This document shows, one piece after another, positions 56,504 to 64,000 of a stretch of DNA of 64,000 bases. Position 1 is the first letter of the stretch. Each line of letters opens with the position of its first letter. The position numbers and the translations under genes were made by a program. Source of the stretch: Pirellulaceae bacterium (GTDB taxonomy: Bacteria > Planctomycetota > Planctomycetia > Pirellulales > Pirellulaceae). The stretch spans positions 1,295 to 65,294 of the forward strand of contig DAORMC010000002.1 of assembly GCA_035440305.1 (NCBI GenBank). The letters are read 5' to 3'. Under the pieces are notes generated by a model. That model worked only from the letters and a program-made list of their open reading frames with translations, did not search any database and was not told the origin of the DNA.

Positions 56504-56581
56504 TCAGACCACCGATGGCGGTACGAACCGGTCGTTGCGTCTCTCGTTGCGTCGCTTGCTTCGTCCCAGGAGTCTCCACCG

Positions 56582-57826
56582 ATGTCCCTGCTCTCGCTCG
56601 CTTCGCTCGGATCCGCTCGATCGGACCGCGACGTATCCCGAGGCAACGCGGCTCGGTTCGGCCTGCGCACCGTCGGTCTCGTTCTGTTCGCCTTGGCCGC
56701 CGGTTCGGCGGTGGGACGAAGCGCAGCGCAGGAAGGATGGGGCCCGATCGTCGACGGACTTCGCTGCCGAGTCGTGCCGGTCGAGGCGAGCATGTCGGAA
56801 GAGGCGATCGAACCGTCCGCGGTGGTACGCAAGTTTCGGCGATTCGATCAGGTCGCGTTCGTCGTCGAGGTCGAGAACGCCTCCGACTCGCCTGTGATGC
56901 TGCTCGACACGCGTTATGGAGACAGCTTCGGCGAAGCTTCCGGAGATCCGAACTCGGATTGGTCGGGGCAATATCTGTTCGAGATCCGCTATCGCGATGC
57001 GGCAGGGAAGACGATCGCGATCCCCGAGACGACCGTCATCGACGCGAACATGGTCCTCGGCTCGACCGCCATCGCGACGGTCGAACCGAGGGCGACGCAT
57101 CGATTCCTGCTCCGCCCCGAAAAGTGGCTGTCGAGTCTGTCGCGCGATCCGGGAGCGGGAACGTTCACGGCCGAAGTGATCTATCGCGGCATGCCGGAGC
57201 GAGTGAAGACGCGATTGCGAGAGTACCGAGACGATTCGGCCGGCCTGAATGCGTGGTCCGGCGAACTGATCGGCACGAGCGAACCGTTCGAGATCGAAAT
57301 GGCGGACGAACGGAGGATCGCTTGGGGACCTGCGGCCGACGGCATCGAAGCGGGGCTCGAAATCGTCCCGTCGCGAGACATCCCGTTCGGCTCGAAGTCG
57401 AAGCTCAGGTTGCATCTGAAGAACGTGTCGGACGGTCCGCTGAACCTCTCGGGACATCTCTGGCAATCGGAGTTGCCGATCGAGGCGATCGATGCCGAGG
57501 GAAAGTCGGTCGACGTCTCGACGGCCTGGTATTCGGGCTGGACATTGTCGGCCGGCTATATGCTGCAGCCCGGCGAGGTGGCGACCTTCGATGCAGGCAA
57601 TCTGGGGCTGGCTGCCGATGCGACTCAGGCCGAGGCGTTCGAGCATGTGACGAACCGCAAGATGATCGTGCCGCCGGGGAAGTACCGGATCCGATCGATG
57701 ACCTCGTTCGGTGCCTCGCCGATCCTGCAGGATGGCGAAGGGAACGTGCTCATTCCGCGGGAGGGGGACTGGCAGGGAAAGATCGAGACGGGGTGGCTCG
57801 AGTTCGAGACGGGGCATCCGCAATGA
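56582..57826 (+). CDS. Hypothetical secreted protein with two related ~190-aa beta-rich repeats
   Basis: Start at ATG 56582. Anchor/signal 'VGLVLFALAAGSAVGRSAAQ'. The repeats open with 'GWGPIVDGLRCRVVPVE ... VEVENASDSPVML' and 'AWGPAADGIEAGLEIVP ... LHLKNVSDGPLNL'. Confidence 0.6.
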   Translation: MSLLSLASLGSARSDRDVSRGNAARFGLRTVGLVLFALAAGSAVGRSAAQEGWGPIVDGLRCRVVPVEASMSEEAIEPSAVVRKFRRFDQVAFVVEVENASDSPVMLLDTRYGDSFGEASGDPNSDWSGQYLFEIRYRDAAGKTIAIPETTVIDANMVLGSTAIATVEPRATHRFLLRPEKWLSSLSRDPGAGTFTAEVIYRGMPERVKTRLREYRDDSAGLNAWSGELIGTSEPFEIEMADERRIAWGPAADGIEAGLEIVPSRDIPFGSKSKLRLHLKNVSDGPLNLSGHLWQSELPIEAIDAEGKSVDVSTAWYSGWTLSAGYMLQPGEVATFDAGNLGLAADATQAEAFEHVTNRKMIVPPGKYRIRSMTSFGASPILQDGEGNVLIPREGDWQGKIETGWLEFETGHPQ

Positions 57827-57977
57827 CCGGACTCCACTCCCGACCGGCGTCTCGCGTCGCTCACCCCGCTTCGCTCGGCCGAACGGATCGACGAGAATCG
57901 TCCTTCGTGTCGCGAGGGCCATCGCGAGGTTCGAGGGTCCTTCCGCGACGCGGTGACGCCAGCGCCGAGGCTGTCCG

Positions 57978-58472
57978 ATGCATGTCGATTCGCCGATCGA
58001 TCGATCGGGACTGTCCGCCGAAGAACTCCGCCGTTCGCTGAGTGCCGAGTTGGCGGCGTTGTGGACGGGGGAACGAGACCTGATCGCCAACTGCGCCAAT
58101 ACCGCGGCCGTTCTCTACCACGCCTTGGCCGATCTGAACTGGGCCGGCTTCTATTTCCTGAAGGGGAACGACCTGGTCCTCGGCCCGTTTCAGGGGAAGC
58201 CGGCTTGCGTCCGGATCGGACCGGGTCGGGGAGTCTGCGGCGCGGCGGCCGCTCGTCGCACGACGCTGATCGTGCCGGATGTCCATCGATTCCCCGATCA
58301 CATCGCCTGCGACTCGGCCTCGAACTCCGAGATCGTGGTCCCGATGCTCGTCGGCGAGCGACTGATCGGCGTGCTCGACATCGACAGCCCGAAGTTCGAT
58401 CGCTTCACCACCGCCGACGGTCAGTGGCTCGAATCGATCGTTGCCGGCCTGCTGTCCGCGTCCGAGGTCTGA
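57978..58472 (+). CDS. msrC: GAF-domain protein, free methionine-(R)-sulfoxide reductase-like (MsrC/YebR family)
   Basis: 'WAGFYFLKGNDLVLGPFQGKPACVRIGPGRGVCGAAA ... LIVPDVHRFPDHIACDSASNSEIVVPM ... IGVLDIDSP' matches the YebR/fRMsr pattern, including the conserved Cys residues. Confidence 0.8.
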   Translation: MHVDSPIDRSGLSAEELRRSLSAELAALWTGERDLIANCANTAAVLYHALADLNWAGFYFLKGNDLVLGPFQGKPACVRIGPGRGVCGAAAARRTTLIVPDVHRFPDHIACDSASNSEIVVPMLVGERLIGVLDIDSPKFDRFTTADGQWLESIVAGLLSASEV

Positions 58473-58589
58473 ACCGACTCGGGGTGTTCGAGCGGCGTCC
58501 CGGTCGAAACCTCTCGCCCGCGAAGGACAGGCAGGCGAGAACGAGTCGCGTCACGTTGCTCGCGACTCTTATTGGTCACCGTATCGACG

Positions 58590-60287
58590 TCACTCCGAGG
58601 CCTCGGCCGACTCCGCCGTGACGTAGAAGTTCCGATCGACCTCGAACGACTCGATCGGCATCTCGAGCTTCAGCTCCTGCCAGCTCTCGGTCGGCGCGAT
58701 CCGGCGTTCGGTGCCGTCGATCGTCACGTCGATCGGCATCGCGAACCCCTCGACCACGTTCTCCCATCGATAACGCAAGGTATTCCCGTCGATCGAGTAG
58801 GTCAGCTGCGGCACGTCGGTCGTTCTCAGGTACTGCTCGAAGAAGGCCTTCAGATCGAGCCCCGTCCGTTCGGACAAATACCCCTCGATCTCGACCGTCG
58901 TCACCGTCCGATGCCGATAGGTCTCGTTCATGCCTCGCAGGATCGAACGCCACGTCGCGTCGTCGTTCAGGAGATGCCGGAGCGTGTGCAGCAGGTTGCC
59001 TCCTTTGTAGTACATGTCCCCTGATCCCGACTCGTTCCGATCGTAGGTGCCGATGATCGGGCGATCGTTGCGGATCAGGCGTCGGCAGCCGATGACGTAA
59101 TCCTGCGCCTGCTTCTCGGAGAAGTGGTACTCGACGAACAGGTTCTCGGAGTAGTTCGTGAACCCTTCGTGAATCCACATGTCGGCGGCGTCCTTCATCG
59201 AGACGTTGTTGCCGAACCACTCGTGCCCCGACTCGTGCACGATGATGAAGTCGAACAGGAATCCGACTCCGGTCCCGCTCAGATCGCGTCCGCCGTAACC
59301 GTTGCGGAAGCCGTTGCCGTAGGTGACCGAACTCTGGTGCTCCATGCCGGGATACGGCACTTCGACCAGCTTGTAGCCGTCCTCGTAGAACGGATACGGA
59401 CCGAACCAGTGCTCGAACGCGGCCAGGGTCCGAGGCGCCTCGCGGAAGTGCTCGCGGGCCACCTCCAGATGATCTCTCAGCACCCAGTACTCGAGATCGA
59501 GGGTGCCCGCTTCCCCTTCGAACGTGTCGCCGAAGCGGACATAGTCGCCGAGATTCAGGTTGACGCAGTAGTTGTTGATCGGCTGAGTCACTAGCCAGCG
59601 GTAGGTTCGCGTTCCGTCCTCGGCCGGCTCGGTCGTCTCGAACAACCGCCCGTTGCCGATCGCGACCAGGTCGGCCGGAACGGTGTAGTGCATCTCCATG
59701 CCGTCGTCTGGTTCGTCGTAGCCGTGGTCCTTGTTCGGCCACCAGATGCTTGCGCCGATCCCCTGACAGGTCGTGACGACGAACGGCTTGCCGTTCTCAT
59801 CCCGTTTCCAACTCAGCCCACCGCTCCACGGAGGATTGGCGCTTTCGGTCGGAGTGCCTCCGTAGGCGACGACGATCTCGTGGTCGGCGCCGACCTCGAG
59901 CGGTGCGGGGAACTCGACCCAACAGACGTTCCCCTCGCGTTCGAACAGCAGTGCCGCGCCGTCGAAATCGATGCTCCGGATCTCCATCGGCTGCTGCAGA
60001 TCGATCTGCATGCGGTCGCCCGGCTGGAGCACGCGGAAGCGGATCGTGTTGGTCCCTTCGAGAGATCGCTTCTCGACGTCGACCCGGACCTCGAGTCGAT
60101 AGTGGCGCAGGTCCCACCAGGCTCGCTCCGGCGTGATCGCCCCGCGAAGCTCGTCGGGCGATCGCTCGTCGGTCGTCGGCCCGTTCGCCGCGACCGGTTC
60201 GTCGGCAGCTGCCGGGAAGATCATCGACGCGAACAGAACGAGGATGACCGAGCGACCGGTCAGCGTCAGGGAGTTCGAACGGAGCAT
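58590..60287 (-). CDS. M1-family zinc metallopeptidase (aminopeptidase N-like), secreted
   Basis: Start at ATG 60287 (MLRSNSLTLTGRSVILVLFASMIFPAAA signal). 'VHESGHEWFGNNVSMKDAADMWIHEGFTNY' is HEXXH-X18-E. A GxMEN-equivalent 'YPGMEHQS' lies upstream of it. Confidence 0.9.
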   Translation of the reverse strand: MLRSNSLTLTGRSVILVLFASMIFPAAADEPVAANGPTTDERSPDELRGAITPERAWWDLRHYRLEVRVDVEKRSLEGTNTIRFRVLQPGDRMQIDLQQPMEIRSIDFDGAALLFEREGNVCWVEFPAPLEVGADHEIVVAYGGTPTESANPPWSGGLSWKRDENGKPFVVTTCQGIGASIWWPNKDHGYDEPDDGMEMHYTVPADLVAIGNGRLFETTEPAEDGTRTYRWLVTQPINNYCVNLNLGDYVRFGDTFEGEAGTLDLEYWVLRDHLEVAREHFREAPRTLAAFEHWFGPYPFYEDGYKLVEVPYPGMEHQSSVTYGNGFRNGYGGRDLSGTGVGFLFDFIIVHESGHEWFGNNVSMKDAADMWIHEGFTNYSENLFVEYHFSEKQAQDYVIGCRRLIRNDRPIIGTYDRNESGSGDMYYKGGNLLHTLRHLLNDDATWRSILRGMNETYRHRTVTTVEIEGYLSERTGLDLKAFFEQYLRTTDVPQLTYSIDGNTLRYRWENVVEGFAMPIDVTIDGTERRIAPTESWQELKLEMPIESFEVDRNFYVTAESAEASE

Positions 60288-60524
60288 CGTCGGGAGCGCC
60301 TCATCGCAAAGAAACACGGACCGGCCGCAGGGACCTCGGCCGCCGATCAGCATAGCCGGGGAAGCGGCGCGGAGCAGGGTGCATCGCGACCGAGACCTCG
60401 CGCCGGGCCGCGGCGGTTCACCACGTTGCGGTTGCGCCCCACGAACGCCTGCGACGTCGCGAACGCCGAGCGATGGTATGATCGCGACGAGCCGAACGCG
60501 ATCGCGAACGGCCGGAGTCGAACG

Positions 60525-61739
60525 ATGGGCAGCTGCACCGCGACAACGACGGCGTCGACGACGAACGGACGCTACCTCGAGCGTCGAAGAGCCACCGTCG
60601 ACTTGTCAGCGATCCCCGTCGCGATCCCCGTGGCGATCTGCGTCGCCCTGCTGCTCGCTTCGATCTCGGCCCCTTCGATGGCCGCGCAGGATGACGATGC
60701 GGCGGAACGGCGAGTCACCTTCACGATCCGGAACCGGTTTCTGCCGAGTCCCGGGACCGAGTCGATCACGTGGACGACCTTGATACCGACGACGATCCCC
60801 GATCGACAGCTCGTTCACCGGATCGACTACTCGCACCGCCCTCAGCGAATCTTCCGACGCCACGGCAACACCTATGCCACGTTCGAACTGAAGGAACCGC
60901 GAGGCCCGGTCGTGATCGACATCACGGTGACCGCCGATCTCCTGCGAGGCGATCTGCGAACCGTCTCGGCACGACGCGTACGGAGCGACGACGCAGACGC
61001 CGGTCGGGACCTGACGTCGCCTCCTGATGATGTTCCCTACGAAGTCACCCCCTCCGACTATTCCGGCCGAAGCGATACCGGCGCGAATGACGCGTCTCCC
61101 GAAGGCACCACAACTTCGGATGACGCTTCCGCCGAGTCGCTGCGTCTCGACGCGTGGCTGGTAAGCGAGAAGTACCTGGAAGCGGACGATACGGCGATCC
61201 GCGAAGCGATCGACGCGATCGATCAGCCGGAGCCGCTCGATCGGGTTCGAGCGATCCTGGCTCTCGTCGGCGAACGGCTGCGCTACGTCGGCTTCCAGGA
61301 GGAATCGCTCGGAGCGGCGAGAGCGTTCGAGGAGCGACGCGGGGACTGCTCGGAGTTCGCCGATCTGTTCGTCGCCGCTTGTCGAGCGGCCGGACTTCCG
61401 GCACGCACCTGTGACGGCTTGCTGATCGCTCCCGTGCCCACCGGAGACACGGCGCGTCACAAGTGGGCCGAGGTCTATCTGACAGAGGTCGGCTGGGTCG
61501 AAGTCGACCCGCTGCGGATCGCCAAACGTACGGCGACGCTGCACCGCATGCCGAACGAATACCTGCGGCTGTCTCATCTGCGCAACGACAGGACGCTCAA
61601 CGGCTACGAAGTCGCCTACTACCGGTACCGAGGCGAACCGATCGAGTTCGAGAACGAGTTGTTGCTGCACGATCCGGCCGAGCTCGACGACCGTTCCGAT
61701 CAGGAGCGACGCCGTGGCTCGCCCGAGTCGGATCGTTGA
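60525..61739 (+). CDS. Transglutaminase-like domain protein, secreted
   Basis: Start at ATG 60525. Signal/anchor 'IPVAIPVAICVALLLASISAPSMAAQ'. Core 'RRGDCSEFADLFVAACRAAGLPAR ... RHKWAEVYL ... WVEVDP'. The ORF-track start 59688 runs antisense through the M1 peptidase gene. Confidence 0.75.
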   Translation: MGSCTATTTASTTNGRYLERRRATVDLSAIPVAIPVAICVALLLASISAPSMAAQDDDAAERRVTFTIRNRFLPSPGTESITWTTLIPTTIPDRQLVHRIDYSHRPQRIFRRHGNTYATFELKEPRGPVVIDITVTADLLRGDLRTVSARRVRSDDADAGRDLTSPPDDVPYEVTPSDYSGRSDTGANDASPEGTTTSDDASAESLRLDAWLVSEKYLEADDTAIREAIDAIDQPEPLDRVRAILALVGERLRYVGFQEESLGAARAFEERRGDCSEFADLFVAACRAAGLPARTCDGLLIAPVPTGDTARHKWAEVYLTEVGWVEVDPLRIAKRTATLHRMPNEYLRLSHLRNDRTLNGYEVAYYRYRGEPIEFENELLLHDPAELDDRSDQERRRGSPESDR

Positions 61740-61796
61740 CGCTCGTCGCTCCCGCCGCAGCCGCCCCTCTTTCCCTGACGACCGGAGTCAAGCCTG

Positions 61797-63443
61797 ATGC
61801 GTCACCGAACGTTGATGACGTCGCTTTGCAGGATCGTCGTCCTGATCGCTCTCGCCGTCGGACCGATCGCTGCGGTCGCCGCCGACGAGCCGGCCGAGCT
61901 GCGGGTGATGACCTGGAACATCTGGAAGGGAGGACGTCAGGACGGCGACGAGATCGGGCCGCGCAAGGTGATCGAGACGATTCGCGAGAGCGGTGCCGAG
62001 ATCGTCGCGCTGCAGGAGACCTACGGATCGGGAGAGCGGATCGCGGACGAACTCGGGTATCGTTTCCATCCTCGCGGCACCAACGTTTCGATCCTCAGTC
62101 GCCATCCGATCGTCGAGGACCTGTCGGTCTTCGAGGAGTTCAAGTGCGTCGGAGGACTCGTCGAGCTGCCTGACGGAAAGCGGATCGCGTTCTACTCGAT
62201 CTGGCTCCCCTATGCCGCCGAGATCTGGGAAGCGGGAACGCGCGATGTCGCCGACGTCGATCGGATGCTCGCCGCCTGTGCGCCGTCGGCAGTCGATCTG
62301 GCGGCGATCCGCGAGGCGATCGATCGACGACTGAGCGATCCGAAGTACGACGGCGTGCCGATCGTGATCGCCGGCGACTTCAACTCGATGTCGCATCTGG
62401 ACTATTCGGCCGTCGCCCGTGACGACTATCGGGTCGAGGTCGATTGGCCGACCTCTCGCGTCCTGGGCGATGCGGGGTATCGCGACGCCTGGCGCGAGTG
62501 CCGTCCGACGATCGATCGCGCCGCCGATCGGACCTGGACGCCTCGGTTTCCCGATCAGGAGCAGGATCGGATCGATTTCGTCCATTACCGCGGCGGATCG
62601 CTGCGGGCGGTCGAGGCGCGACGAATCGACGATCATCCCGATCGGTTCCCATCGGACCATGCCGCCGTCACCATCGACTTTCGCTTCGATCGCCTGCCCC
62701 GCGACGAAGTGCCGCTGAGACTCGCGACCTACAACATCCGGCACGGCGAAGGGAACGACCGCCGAGTCGATCTCGAGCGCACCGCAGCGGTGCTCGACGA
62801 ACTGAAACCTGATTTCGTCGGCCTGCAGGAAGTCGATCTCGGTGCGGGACGAAGCGGGAGCGTCAATCAACCGCGGGAGCTCGGTCGCATGCTCGGCATG
62901 CATGCCGCCTTTGGTTCGTTCATGGACTTCCAGGGGGGGCGATACGGCATGGCGATCCTGTCGAAGCATCCGCTGACCGATGTGCGGGCTCTGCGATTGC
63001 CCGACGGAAACGAACCGCGCATCGCGCTTTTGGCGACGGCGCGACTGCCGAATGATCGGACCGTCACCGTCGTCAACGTCCATTTCGACTGGGTCGACGA
63101 CGATCGCTTTCGCTTCGCTCAGGCCCAGGCGGTGGCCGACGAACTCCGCAGGCTCGATCGGCCGTTCGTCCTGCTGGGCGACTTCAACGACACTCCCGAG
63201 TCGCGCACGATCGAGCTTTTTCGCGAATTGGCGATCGAAGCGGACAAGCCGCAGGACGATTCGTTTACCTTCTCGGCGCAGCGTCCGGTGCAGGAGATCG
63301 ATTTCGTCCTGTTCGATCGGAAAGCGAACTGGCAGATCGATTCGGTCCGCGTGATCGACGAACCGATGGCGTCGGATCACCGGCCGGTGCTGGTCGAAGC
63401 GCGACTGTTGCCCGATCCGACCGACTCCGGCAGCGGGAACTGA
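61797..63443 (+). CDS. Tandem endonuclease/exonuclease/phosphatase (EEP) domain protein, secreted
   Basis: Signal 'LCRIVVLIALAVGPIAAVAA'. Domain 1 is 'LRVMTWNIWKGG ... IVALQE ... IAGDFNS ... PSDHAAV'. Domain 2 is 'LRLATYNIRHGEG ... FVGLQEVD ... LLGDFND ... ASDHRPV'. Confidence 0.85.
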   Translation: MRHRTLMTSLCRIVVLIALAVGPIAAVAADEPAELRVMTWNIWKGGRQDGDEIGPRKVIETIRESGAEIVALQETYGSGERIADELGYRFHPRGTNVSILSRHPIVEDLSVFEEFKCVGGLVELPDGKRIAFYSIWLPYAAEIWEAGTRDVADVDRMLAACAPSAVDLAAIREAIDRRLSDPKYDGVPIVIAGDFNSMSHLDYSAVARDDYRVEVDWPTSRVLGDAGYRDAWRECRPTIDRAADRTWTPRFPDQEQDRIDFVHYRGGSLRAVEARRIDDHPDRFPSDHAAVTIDFRFDRLPRDEVPLRLATYNIRHGEGNDRRVDLERTAAVLDELKPDFVGLQEVDLGAGRSGSVNQPRELGRMLGMHAAFGSFMDFQGGRYGMAILSKHPLTDVRALRLPDGNEPRIALLATARLPNDRTVTVVNVHFDWVDDDRFRFAQAQAVADELRRLDRPFVLLGDFNDTPESRTIELFRELAIEADKPQDDSFTFSAQRPVQEIDFVLFDRKANWQIDSVRVIDEPMASDHRPVLVEARLLPDPTDSGSGN

Positions 63444-63531
63444 TCGACGAACGTCGCGACGATCGGGCGCCCGACGGCGGGCACCGGCCATCCCCAGATC
63501 CTCTTCACTTCCGAACGGATCGTCCCTCGCG

Positions 63532-64000
63532 ATGTTCGATGCGTTGGCGGTGACGGTTCGGATCCTCGCGAATCCGATCTCCAATGCGCTGCAGAAGCGA
63601 CTGATGCGCGCCGGAGCGGATGCGCGAGGTGTCATCGCGACGACTCACGCTCTGCTGAGTCTGATGCTGCTGCCGGCGGTGCCGTTTCTGGCGAGCGATC
63701 TGCCGAGCGGTCGGTTCCTGCTGATCGTCGGTGCGTGTGCGGCGCTCGCAGTCGCCGGCAACGCGATGCTGGTCGAGGCGCTGTCGACGATGGACCTTTC
63801 GCTCGTCGGTCCGATCAACGCCTACAAGCCGATCGTCAGTCTGATCATCGCCTGGGTCCTGATCGGCGAGACGGCCGGAGTCGGTGATCTGCTCGGTATC
63901 GGCCTGATCACGATCGGCAGTTGGCTGATCGTCGTTCGGCAACCGGGAGCGACACGGCGTCAGACCTGGCGGGCGTTGCTGCGCGATCGCGGAGTTCGCC
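63532..64000 (+). CDS. EamA/DMT-family transporter-like membrane protein (5' partial; runs off the window end)
   Basis: My own translation from ATG 63532: 'MFDALAVTVRILANPISNALQKRL ... LSLVGPINAYKPIVSLIIAWVLIGETAG ... GIGLITIGSWLIV'. There is no stop before 64000. The hydrophobic-helix pattern and 'GE' block are DMT-like. Confidence 0.45.
   Translation, partial: MFDALAVTVRILANPISNALQKRLMRAGADARGVIATTHALLSLMLLPAVPFLASDLPSGRFLLIVGACAALAVAGNAMLVEALSTMDLSLVGPINAYKPIVSLIIAWVLIGETAGVGDLLGIGLITIGSWLIVVRQPGATRRQTWRALLRDRGVR

Noticed and set aside
59688-60524. N-terminal 279 codons of the 683-aa plus-strand ORF
   Set aside because: They run antisense through the M1 peptidase gene. The real transglutaminase-like gene plausibly starts at ATG 60525, just before its signal/anchor helix.
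61788-63635. 615-aa minus-strand ORF
   Set aside because: It is antisense to the double-EEP gene, which carries two full sets of catalytic motifs.

Overview
High-GC (roughly 65%) chromosomal segment. Its gene content is typical of Planctomycetota, probably Pirellulales-like: a DUF1559/H-X9-DG prepilin-like protein, a DUF1552 + DUF1592/PSCyt pair, a six-CxxCH cytochrome next to a beta-propeller protein, an LRR lipoprotein, and many Sec/Tat-signal proteins of unknown function. I call about 46 CDS and 3 tRNA or tRNA-like genes. I saw no rRNA, CRISPR array, transposase or integrase. Housekeeping and metabolic genes include icd, an SDR, an FAD oxidoreductase, an RND efflux pair, an M1 aminopeptidase, a dienelactone hydrolase and a GAF/MsrC-like protein. 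Most interesting: (1) a translationally coupled operon at 982-9293 encoding an HTH protein, a non-RD Ser/Thr kinase, a membrane-anchored Ras-like GTPase and a membrane partner, which I cannot assign to any named system; (2) a ~1.3 kb low-GC insertion at ~31560-32880 carrying one PIN-like ORF with an unrecognised C-terminal domain; (3) a twice-occurring module of a small secreted 3-Cys protein followed by AhpD-like CxxC proteins. One copy of that module lies in a 9.4 kb co-directional cluster that starts with an ECF sigma/anti-sigma pair and includes an AhpD / EF-hand / deiodinase-like fusion; (4) two related tandem-repeat arrays and a cluster of GTCCC-N4-GGGAC hairpins in intergenic DNA; (5) a tRNA cluster whose hand-folded cloverleaves deviate at normally invariant positions. 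All functional calls come from reading motifs in the supplied translations; no database search was run.
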